This document shows, one piece after another, positions 12,601 through 25,200 of a stretch of DNA of 64,000 nt. The translations under genes were made by a program, and so were the position numbers. Origin of the DNA: Octopus bimaculoides (Eukaryota); the NCBI RefSeq assembly GCF_001194135.2, contig NC_069002.1, positions 37,475,433 to 37,539,432 of the forward strand. The letters run 5' to 3'. The notes below the pieces were generated by a model. That model was not told the origin of the DNA. It saw only the letters and a list, made by a program, of their open reading frames with translations, and did not search any database. The first letter of the stretch is position 1, and each line of letters starts with the position of its first letter.

Positions 12601-15600
12601 GCATAGCAGATCCATCCTTGTACCAATCATCATAAAAGAAAAACAGAGATACTTCAGGAGATATTAATTAAAATTAACATTACAAATCATTAGAATAAAC
12701 AATGAAAGTTAATTGAAAAGTTAATCCTAATTCTGAGAAGAAATGGAAATGAAGAACAAGAGAGATGGTAAAGGCTTTTAACAACATAATTTCAAAAAAG
12801 TGTAAGAATAAAACAGACAGACTGAAATAGGTGTCATACAAATCAAAAGTACACACCTGGGTACTACTATGTGGTTGCTTAACTTGGTAGAAATGTTATT
12901 TTTCAAATGAATGAAAAGTTTGACAGTACTTTGAAGTTTTGGCTTCGATGCCTTTTTTTCTTGTAAATATAAGTTTTGGCTTTGTCAAAGTTTACCTTTA
13001 AAAAGTACAGACATGTTGTATGTGTGCATACAACTAACACACACAAACTACTCTTACCTGGACAAGCTGAGGTCAACATGGGGAATGCAGTTTGTTTGAT
13101 GTTGGCAGTCTTGTAGCGATGAAGGAATTCTTGAGCACTCTCAATTAAACTAAAATTTCGGGAAAATGTTGTGTCAAGGATGTAAGCAACACCTGGAATA
13201 AAAAGGATGGGATTTTCAATGTAGAAATGTTAATGACTGTCAAAACTGAAGAAACTCATCCGTATCAGAAAAAAAACTTTCAGTTTTATGACAGTCAGTG
13301 GTGATAATGATGGTGGTGACTATGTAATAATAGAGGTGGTAGTGATGGTGAAAACAACAAGGACAATGACGATAATGACGGCTGGTAAAGTCAACCTTCA
13401 AAGATGGGTATAGGAGGGCCTCTAAATTCTTAATACCAAGTGTACACTGAGGGCAATTTAATCAAAGGCATCCTTACTTCTCACACATATGCACACCAAG
13501 TATTTGAACAGTGAGCCTAAGTTATAAATAACTATTTTTACCCAACTAAAACACAAGAAAGAAACACCAACCTCTATACTTCATACCGACCGTACTAAAT
13601 TAGGATTCTTTGGAAAATATAGTCTTATATACACAAAGAGACAATAAGATGTATATATATATATATATATATGGATAATAACAACAAATGGAGCAAAACG
13701 TGGGTGTGTGGGTATGTATACATGGGTGTGCGCATATGTATGTGTGTATGTGCATACACGCACGTGTTTGTACATAGGTGTCTGCACGCTAGCAGACACA
13801 TATGTAAACATTCACTTTAATTATCTCCCCTCACCCACCCGAATGACTCCTTGACCACAACCTTTAGCATCACATCAGAGACACCCTCCCTTTATATTTC
13901 TATGTAAACTAGCGTTCTTATTCCTAAAGCCCGTGGAATAATATCGNNNNNNNNNNNNNNNNNNNNNNNNNNNNNNNNNNNNNNNNNNNNNNNNNNNNNN
14001 NNNNNNNNNNNNNNNNNNNNNNNNNNNNNNNNNNNNNNNNNNNNNNNNNNNNNNNNNNNNNNNNNNNNCTGACCATGTAACATCTCAGCTGGTAAGTTAC
14101 TCCATCATTTCGTTTTTGTCTTGCTACTAAATGTTTTATTATGATCTCCCTGATGAGAAACAAGTGATGATTCCAGCAGCCCTTTCTTTTTTTTGTGAAA
14201 TGGCCCTCACTTGCTTCGAAACATATATGTAGGAATTAAAGGAACTTTCATCGACATGCGTTTTGCTCCATTTGTTATTATTATCCATATATTCTCAAAA
14301 TGTATCATGTTAACTCGGTATATCAACCTGTAAAACGGCTGGGATATCTTGTTTTTTAGTGTAATTTTGCTACCAATGGTAACCATTAACGTATTCAAAT
14401 TATCGAAAGTTTTAATAACTGAGATAATATTAATATACATAAAATAATATATATATATATATATATATATATGCAGGGTGTCCCAAAATTAAGGCAAACA
14501 ACTTTTATCAGTATCACCACAGCAAAATATTGTTATATTTCAGGTCTGAGCATTGCAGTGCAATGGTAAAGAAAACACAATTATGATACTATCACATTTA
14601 TTTGATATGACCACCTCTGTTTTGAATCACAAAGTCTAGGGTTTGGATGCTTTATACACAGCATGTAGCTGTTCTTGCAGAATTGAAGCCCCTTCCTGGC
14701 ACAGTTTTGCCTTCAGAGTATCAAGGGAAACATGAGTGCTCGAGACCCTTGTCTCCAAAATGGACCAAACACAAAAATCCAACAAGTTGAGATTGGGGCT
14801 TCTTGAGGGTCATATAGCCTTGCCTATGAACGATGGAATGTTTTTCTGAATCCAGTGTTGTGTCTGTTTGGAGCTGTGGGATGGTGCCAAGTCCTGTTGA
14901 AGGCTCCAAGGTGAGCCTTGAAAGTGCTCATTCGTCCATGGAAGCAGTTCAGCTTCCAGAATGTCACCAATGTATTGCTGGGTGTTAATTTTAATACCCA
15001 GGGGCACAAAAACGAGGGGTGAACTTTCCAGTGGTTGTCACAGCCACCCAAACCATAAATGACTGTGGATTTTAATGTCGATTTATGAGACTATCCTCAA
15101 CAGAGTCAGATACATTCCAAAGTCAATCATTCTGGTAGTTTACTGTCTGTTCAATGTCAAATTGCTTTTCCCCAGAGAACACCAAGTTGGGCAGCATTCC
15201 TTCAGCAATCTGATGCAGGATAAGACAACATCTCTCCAGTTTCATGGCCTTATAAACTTGTGTGAGCTCATGACAGCAGATCATCTTGTAAGGGTGGGTC
15301 CTGAGATCCTCTTTTAGCACTTGATACACTGATGTCTGGCTTATTTTTGCTGTGGCAGCCAATTTTCTGACAGAACAACGAGGATTTTGCAGTATCTTTT
15401 CTCTGGTACTTTTCTCTGGTACTTTTCTCTGGTACTTTTCTCTGGTACTTTTCTCTGGTACTTCTCTGGTATCTTTTCTCTGGTACTTTTGATAAGCTGA
15501 GAGGTTTGCACTTTTCTTTTTTCGGTCATGTCCAAGTTGATCAGTGGTGGAACCAGTCCCTTGAAATTTTTTGACAATTTTCCAGACTGGTGTTCGGTTA

Positions 15601-15827
15601 ATTTTAAGCTTTTTTGCTATAGTTGTATTACTTTCACCTCCTTTGTGGAGGTTATGATTGTATTTCAGTCTATAGCCATAATCTAATTTATATATCTAAG
15701 TTTATTTAGTCTTAAAGAAAAAGAAGACACACTAAGCTTTTATAATGATGTATATTTTTCATATCTTATCACATTTATTGATAGTTATTAAAGCCTGAAA
15801 CTTCAGTTGCTTTAATTTCAGGACACC

Positions 15828-15861
<34 letters not shown>

Positions 15862-15930
15862 CTCAGTCGAATCATCCAACCCATGCTAGCATGGAAAGCG
15901 GACGTTAAACGATGATGATGATGATGATGA

Positions 15931-16003
<73 letters not shown>

Positions 16004-19000
16004 ATGATTAGACAATGTCTGTTCAATCCGTGCTACATATGTGTTTCATATCAGCAAAGCAGTTTATTCATAACATCACCCATTTCATCATGCACCTGAC
16101 TTCTAGGTCTCAAAGGGACAAAAGGTTCTGTCAAATCATCAATATTATATTCTGTCATTATTTTGTTACACTCAAGGTTAATATTTTAAAGTATATTCTT
16201 ATTTACTATTTTATATTTTTTGTGATTTCCTTCTGGTATAAATTAATGTTCATATTATATAGATTTCCAGTCTTGTCAGAGGTAACCAATATTCCTTCTT
16301 TAGATTTCAGCTCTAAAATAATGTTCCTCAGTTTTTTTATGTTTGCTTCTCAAATGTAATGTTCTTAATTGCATCCCAAATTTGGTCTTCGAAAGAATCA
16401 AGATTTCTATTATAAGATGGATGTTTTCTTCATTTAAAGTGTTTCCTAACCCATTCTGTTTCCTTATTTTCATGTTTATTCAAGTAAGATTTGTCCTCAG
16501 CCACGGTAGAATGCTTTCCATCTTAAGTAATGTAAGAAGTCCTTTATTTTATTGATTAGTTCCTTTCGGTATTCCTTCTGAGATGGTTTTGAGATATCTT
16601 TTAAAGAAGTATCCAGATTAAGTCTCTCCATTTTCCCAGTTGAATCCTTTAAATCTACCACCTAAGAACAGGAGCAATTCCTGCAATGGGCTTCTACACA
16701 GTTTCTGATATCCAAATTTCAAGCACAAACCATTGGTTGACCTACGACTATGATAGCAGACACTTACCCAAGTACTGCATAGAGGGATTGAACCTGAAAT
16801 CATGTAATTTCAAAATGAACTTAATAACCACACAATTATGCCTCTACTTTATGATATTTATTTTCATTCTTTTATGTTTTATGATGTGATTTCATATCTT
16901 GCTAAGGGATTTTCTTTGCATTTCACCCTTCCTGAAAGTGATAAAATTAGTAGCTCTCAATTACTGAGGAGAGAAAGTGATCAATTTAATTAACTCTATC
17001 CTTATCTCTACAATATGTTTGATTTTTGTGCCAAATGTTTGAAATCAATGTTATAATACAACAAAAGAATCCCTTACCTAAACCTTTGAAAAAGGCTGTT
17101 AATTTCTTGGCTGTGTCTTCCAAAGAAAGTTTATAGTTTGCTGCCAATGAAGCCCGAGACTGTGGTGATATTGATACGATAACGAGTTTTTCATCACCAG
17201 ATTGTTCTCCCTAAAAATTCAAAATAAACATTGGAAACTGTAACAGCTACTGCCAATAGAATCAAATGGAGAAGATTCAGTGACTTATATGTAACACAAG
17301 AGGATCTCAGTCTAACTTAGAAGAAAGTTCTAGAATCTGAAGAAAGATCAAAGAAAGATCTGGAATGATACTGGTTAGACTAAAATGTTAGAATTTAGCT
17401 GCTTTTCTTCTTTTTTCTCTGAGAGTGGTGGAAGGAAGAATCTATGAAACATGCGTTATTCTCAGACTGAAGAGACAAATTGGCAAAGTAGGCTAGGATT
17501 TAGGATTCCTTACCAAACCTTAAGAGTGATGAGTTCAGATTTTACATTGCACTAACTGCAGTTTATTGTTTAGAAGGCCTGGTTTAGCAGTAGCAGACAA
17601 AGAGAATAAAAAGTGCCAGATAATGGACCTTATGTATCCCAGTAGTTATAGGTTAGGAACTATCCCTAAAGATTTGAACAGATGGATGGAGAAAATAGTC
17701 ATAGAATCTAGTTTAGTGCAGCTCCAGAAAACAGTGTTATTAGGATACATAGGAAGGTTGTTGGCATTTAAGGTTACTTGTGGCCCGATGTTAGGAATTT
17801 CTCCTTTCCACCACTTCAATCTGTTGTGTATTCTTTTGTTTCAGTCATTTGACTGCAGCCATGCTGGAGCACCGCCTTTAGTCGAACAAATCAACAATAA
17901 TAATAATAATAATAAATGCTTTGATGCAATACCGGGCACTGGCTCTCAAGGCTTCTGATCTTAACTGATTGGAAGTGTTATCATGTACATGTTTTGTTTT
18001 GCTATAAAAGATGAGCTACAGCAAATATTCTGCTCAATATCAAAGATTTGCTTGTCAGTTGTTTGACTTTAACAAGTTGAGCATGTCTCTTAGAGGCTGA
18101 CAATATGTGCATCTCTGATCATGAGCAGAAGTAGTGGAGGAGCATCATAGCCATGTGTTGAGAGGGATTTTAATTTTTTTCTAAATACAAATTAAAAACT
18201 GAAAAGAAAACCAAAAAAAAAAACAACAACTGAATAAAGTAAATAAATAAGAATTATTGTCTACCTTTTGTATGGCAGAATTCTGCTTCAAGACTTTGTA
18301 TAATTCCTCAGAACTCTGCTGTGAGATAAGTACACTTTCTGCTGAGGTGATACATCCACTGCAGGCAAGGCAGTCATTTAATGTGATTTTTGCTTTCTTC
18401 AATTTATTAGCTTCACCTGACTGAACATATAATAATAAAAATAATACATATTGACAGGTTGAAGAGATGAAGATAGGGGAACAGGGGCTAAAATGTAACA
18501 ACAAAGAAACATGTAAAACAACAAGTAAATGGATTTTGCATTGACAATATGTAAAACACTTGTCTGATCAATGCATATATTGTAAGCTGCTATAACACAA
18601 GTTCAACTATAAAATACTCAAACATGTTTCCTTGTATTTCATCAGACGGTCTCAGTATGACAGTGTGTAACAAGGCTGGACCTTTGAATTCACAGCTGTA
18701 GTCCATATATCATCATAATGATCATCATTTAATGTCTGTTATCCATGCTGACACAGGTTGGACAGTTTTGACCAGAGCTGATAATCTGAGTGGCTGCACC
18801 AGACTCCAGTTTGATTTGGCATGATTTCTACAGCTGGATGCCCAGCCTAACACCAACCACCCCGAGAGTGTAATGGGTGCTTTTATGTGCCAGCTGTGTA
18901 ACACCAGTATCTGCCACGACTATGATTTCACTTGGCTTGATGGGTCTTCTACTCAAGCATGGCACATTGCTGAAGGTCTTGGTCATTTGTCATAGCCTCT

Positions 19001-19923
19001 GTGAGGCCCAACACTCAAAAGGTGCTAGTTACATGACACTGCCACAGGTGCTGGTTACGCGACACTGGCATCAGCCACATTGTCTCCATGAGGCCCAAAA
19101 CTCGAGAGATGCTTTTTACATGTCACAGTACAGGTGCTAGTTACATGACATCAGATTCGGCCATGATTACTGTTTCCTTCCATCCAACTCCAAGCATGGA
19201 AAAGTGGATGTTAAACAATGATGATGATGATGATGAAACAGACTGACAGGAAGACAGACAAATAGATAAATATGTGCACACATAGATATGCAAACATTTG
19301 AACCATTGACATAATTTTCATGCAGATACAACTTTGAATTACAGGTACAACTCATCTGACAAGATGTACTCTCAAACTTTTCAGAGCCTTCTATACCAGG
19401 AAGGTTGCTATAACTCAGAAAACAGTGCAGTTTAAAGATGGAAATATGGTCAGAGAGAGAGATTATGATGTATTTATTTCTAATATATTCTTATGTATTA
19501 TAACCGATTCTTCCTACTCTAGAATATGAGAAAGAAAGAATTTGCTAATTCAAAAACCTTTGCAAAAAAGGTAAAATCTGAATACACCAACTGAATCCAC
19601 TTACCATGCTAACTTCATAGTAGCTTCCATCATCTTCAATCTTGATCTTACCAACTTTGCCAGTCTTTTTCTCAATATTCAAAGGTTTTACACATTGCTG
19701 ATGGAAGAAACATAATCAGGAAGATCACTTGAAACCGAAAACAATGTTAATTTTATGTCATTTTATTGAGAAAATAAAAGAGCAGTTTCTCCATTGTTCT
19801 CTTATAAAATATTGACACATGTAGAATATCTTGCTGACATACAAAGAACTCTCGATAGAGTAGGATAATGTAGGAATACTAGTGATAGTTTTTGAGTCTA
19901 ATATCTTGATTGTTGCTTCTCAG

Positions 19924-19954
<31 letters not shown>

Positions 19955-22184
19955 TCACAAATGCATGCTGGGATGTTGGTGGAGAGACAGCTAGTTCTAT
20001 ATATTTGTTCACACTCTGTAGATGATACAATCAATTCATTAATGTGCTTTCTGTATAATGGCATAAGTTGGTTAATTGCATATGCAAATGACATAAACTT
20101 TGGCTAATAGTATAAGATTTTCACTAATCTTGATTTTAAAAATGACTGGTAATATGCAGCATAAAATCAAGCATTCATTTGATTTGATACGAATAATGAT
20201 TTTAGAGGCTTCTGCTTTTATAACGGGTTAAAACGACAGTAGTCAATATTTCGAGTTTATGAAAAAAAGATGTTAAAAGAGTAAAATGTATACAAGTTAT
20301 TCATACTATTTCAGTAAATTTTAAAGACTATTAAATTTTAGATTCTGGTGTATTTTTATTGTATGCTTAATTGCAAAATAAATTTCTTCAATAAATAAAA
20401 CTTTCTTATAGATAAAAATGTTGTGGGGTGCATTCATCACCTGGGAAAGTTTTGAATTTTTTATAAGTAGCTGCCTTTCCCGTTTCCTGGTGAGAATGTA
20501 GTCAATCTGACTAGTGTGCCCACCAGACAGGTAGGCAAACAGGTGATCATTTTCATCACAGGACTCCAGCAGCCTGGTTCCCTCCTCATTGTGGGAACCA
20601 AATCAGTTGCCACCATGTACACCATGGAAGCTCCCTGGATGTTGTCGAACATGACAGTTGAAGCCGCCAGCCACAAAGTGGGTGTCATAAAATTGGTCTT
20701 TCTGTTCATCAGGTAGCCCATTCTACTTGCTAAAAAGAGCAGCTAAATCTCCCTCAAATCACTTCCCAGTGTCTTACATAGGAGACGTGTTGGACAGTGT
20801 AGTACCTGACATATAAAGTGACGAAATGGTCAAAGATGGAACACCTTTGATCGGGGATCTGTTTGATCAGGGATCTGTTTGATCAGGGATCTGTTTGATC
20901 GGGGATCTGTTTGATCGGGGATCTGTTTGATCGGGGATCTGTTTGATCAGGGCTCACCTGATTAAATAACATTAACTAGCTGTATCATCATGAACTGCAT
21001 TCCAAGATACTCTGGCAACAAATTATATAGTGGTTGGAGAAAGCGAAAGTTGAAGCCTTTCGATTAAAAATATTTTTTTATTCATCGTCTAAGTCTGTGG
21101 ACAGATACAAAGGTGAAATAGAAAAGAAAACAATCGAGAAAAAACGGGAGGTTTACATTAAGTAATCGAGTGAGATCGGCGATAGCACTGAAGACACAGC
21201 AGTGGCAATAGCAGTGTAGAACACCTGAATAACAAGAAAGGGGTCTCCAAAATTGGGGAGGAGGGTAACTATGTAGGATGATTCGGAGTTCCTTATACAC
21301 GCGCACGCGGGGATTATTTTGATACACCAAAGGCTACCTGCTACGAATCACAATTAGTCATCATATGAACTGATTGAATACTTGGCTAGAAGAAGAGAAG
21401 GTCCAATGAAAAGGTGAAGAGAGCGGAATAGACTGTTTCTCCGTTAGAACATAACAGAAAGTAGATAGACGGACGAGGTGTAGATGGCGTTGGCAAGAAG
21501 CGGCTACAACAGTACCATTGAGGATAGACAGAGTAGGAGGGTGTTACAGCATATGGAAAGGTTTCTAGTGAGAGAGAAGAAATATGAAGAAGAAAAGGTT
21601 TCAAGCTAAAGAGGAAACAGATTGAAGCTAGAGAGAAAGGGGAGGAGGAAGCGGAGAGGAGATGAATCGAGCAAGTGAAGAAGGATACTGAAGGCGGACT
21701 GGAAGACAAGGTGGAGAGACACGGGAGACCACCACGACGGCAATGACGAAGTAAAAGAAAAAAAACTGTGAAAGAAAAACGGGATTTTGCTTTCTCCATA
21801 AGAAGATGACTAAATGACTCTCTTGGAAAGTCCAAGCTTAAGTAATGCGTGACTGGCAACAAATATCTTGGCATTGTGTTCCCACCATAACTATTATTAC
21901 ATTTAAACCAGCACAGAGCACTAACTACTATCACCGCCGCCGCCACTACCACCATCACCACCCTCATACAATTAGTACATTATGGGGACTACCTCCATTC
22001 CATTGCTTACTTTGGTGTTTCCTGCTTTCTTCATTTCTTTGGAGTAAATCAACAAGTACCACTGAGAACAGCAGTCTTTCTCATACCACACAAGAGATGA
22101 AAATGTATACATATAAAATAAATTAAAGAGTTAAAAAAAGCCAATTTATATAAATACAACCCCATACACACACGCATATTTATA

Positions 22185-22240
<56 letters not shown>

Positions 22241-25200
22241 TATATATATATACATACACACACGCGCATATATAGCAGACCCATATTTGATCGATTTGGA
22301 ATCGGTGTTTATATAGCAGCAACGACAGCAACACTTCTCTGAAAGCAGTAGCAGGAACTGCAGCAGCATCAGGAATTGTCTACGTCGTCAAGTCTTGTGG
22401 TGAAACTTTTATCTCGATTCCTTTCCACTCCCCACCCAAAATACTCAAACAACAAAACCAACTCCCTTGACGAACGAATGGGGCTCTGTATTTCAGGGGT
22501 TTCATCAGTGATTGGTGTTCAAACGGAGGGAATTAACTGTCTCGGACACGTAAGTGGTTATCATTTCATGTATACATACAAACGCATATACATACATATC
22601 TATATACACACACATACTATTTCGAAGTTGTTTGACAAGCTATTTGATATTAGATCGTGTGTTCAACCCGTGACAATTGTTTGTGGTCGATCGTTTATCG
22701 TAACCTCGAAACATATCAAGAAAGAGAAAGAGAAAGTTGCAGATGTGAGAGTGTGATTGATGTAAGACTTTTTGATGCTTAATTAGTAAATATATTAATA
22801 CTTTTACAAAATAAAATGGTATGTGTGGGGTTTGAAAGACCTGTCATAATTCTGCTCCGATGTAATTTATTACAAGTACTGCATACCCTTGTATTGGAGT
22901 ATTTTGTGTGCGCGTGGATATGGCAACGTTCGTTTGTGTGTGTGTGTGTGTGTGTCTGCGGTTGTTTAAACATACCTTTTGCACTTACACACCTTAATTA
23001 GATATGTCTTTGGATGGTTTTATGAAAGTAAAAGACTGGGTGGTGTGCGTTTCCCAAAGAGTGAAATGTTTCCAACGTGAAATCCGCATTGCATTAAAAA
23101 CACGAACAACTCGGGGATCTCAAAATCAAGAAAAACGTGTGGCAAACGTCGTTAAGCATATAAAAAAAATGCACCGAGAACAAACAAGTTGTGTTTCTCG
23201 GTTGTAAATAAGCCATTTCCATTTTCCTTCTTTATATAAATATCAACGTTTCTTAATTTCTCCCCCCCCCCACCTCGCTTTCTCTCTGTAACTGAAGGTA
23301 TATAGTCTGAAAGAGGAGAAAGAAAACATACTAACCCTTCCATTCTAAAATAAATTGCGTCGTTGTATGTTGATAAACACTTACATAGCTAAACGCTTGT
23401 GAAAGCCACCCCAACACGAAATTGACAAATCTTAAAATATAGCAGAAGAAAGCATCGATAGTTATTAAATAACTAAGGAGAGAAGATATATATATTTCGA
23501 CCAGGGCCGCTTTAATACCCCCTTAACATCCTCTTGCCTGTTTCGTTATATATATATATATATATATATATATATNNNNNNNNNNNNNNNNNNNNNNNNN
23601 NNNNNNNNNNNNNNNNNNNNNNNNNNNNNNNNNNNNNNNNNNNNNNNNNNNNNNNNNNNNNNNNNNNNNNNNNNNNNNNNNNNNNNNNNNNNNNNNNNNN
23701 NNNNNNNNNNNNNNNNNNNNNNNNNNNNNNNNNNNNNNNNNNNNNNNNNNNNNNNNNNNNNNNNNNNNNNNNNNNNNNNNNNNNNNNNNNNNNNNNNNNN
23801 NNNNNNNNNNNNNNNNNNNNNNNNNNNNNNNNNNNNNNNNNNNNNNNGGGGGGTATGAGCAACCTATCTATGAATGGTAAATATTCAGCACTATTGGTAC
23901 ACTTGTGTAGGTATGCCGGCACTATTATTATTTCCTTCCTTCCTTCATTCATTCATTCATTCAGTTTCTTTCTATGGTTCCACCTCCGCCTGTTTCTATT
24001 CATTGAGCATTAGAATACTTAAAACCAGTTTTACGAAAGGTGAATAAGATGACGACAGACCTCAGCATGACAGGCATGTACGAGGTCGCGCAATCTGCTA
24101 GAAACATCAGCTAAATTTCCTCAAATAACACCCTATTGTCTAAAAATCGAAACATTTCATAATGTAGCTGCAATAAGTTGAGATGGTCACATATTGACAG
24201 ATGGAACCGTTTTAACTGACCGACCTAGGGCCAGAGTCACGCTTTCACCAAAAGGAACTTGGCGGAGAAGGGACTTTCAGAATAGTAAGCCCACGTTAAA
24301 AAATTTTTTTGGTTAATTACTACTTTAACACCCAACAACAACAACAACAAAAAAACACGAGTAATAGGTGTTAAAAGATGTGTATTAAACGAATCTGAAA
24401 ACAAAAATTTGCGTTAACAAACCGGGGTGGGGAGAGGACTTTCGGAAAATTCATAAGATCCTCCGATTTTTTTCCCATCATAACTTTTAGGAAAATGGAT
24501 ATCTTTTAACAAAATTTTATATAAATACCTTTCAAAAGGGCGTAGATTATGATTATAAAGAAATTAGTGGGGTAAATTTTTTTTCCGAGGGGTGGGGATA
24601 GGACTTTCGAAGAGAAAGAAATTCGTAAACTATTTTTTTTGGGGGGGGGGCTTCAGTGTAATGGAAAGAAGTTGGAAAAAATGTTTAGATTCATTTATTT
24701 TTCATTTGAGTAATAGAAAAAGGTTTTAAAAAAAGATCTCTTGTATCATGGTGAGAGAAACAAATTCATAAATACAGTATTGAATATGGTCTCACTATGG
24801 AATAAAAGTTAAGGGCGATTTTTCGTAATCTATGCCGTTTGGAAGATAATAATATAAAAATTCATTAATAGATATCCGTTTTCCTAAAAGTTATAAGGGA
24901 AAAAATCGGATCGTGTGAATCTTCTGAAAGTCCTCCCCACCCCTCGGAAAAAAATTTACCCCACAAATATCTTTATAATCGTAATCTACGCCGTTTGAAA
25001 GGTATTGATATAAAGTTCCATCAAAAGATATCCATTTTCCTAAAAGTTATGATGGGGGAAAATATAGGAGGATCTTGTGAATTTTCCGAAAGTCCTCTGC
25101 CCACCCCGGTTCGTTGACGCAAATTTTTGTTTTCAGATTCGTTTAATACACATTTTTTTACAGCTGTTTTTTTTTGGTGGCCTTAGTAATTAATTAAGTA

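Noticed and set aside
13903-13946. Reverse-oriented Helitron-like 3' end (CTAG plus partial hairpin)
   Set aside because: The hairpin runs into an N gap and cannot be confirmed.
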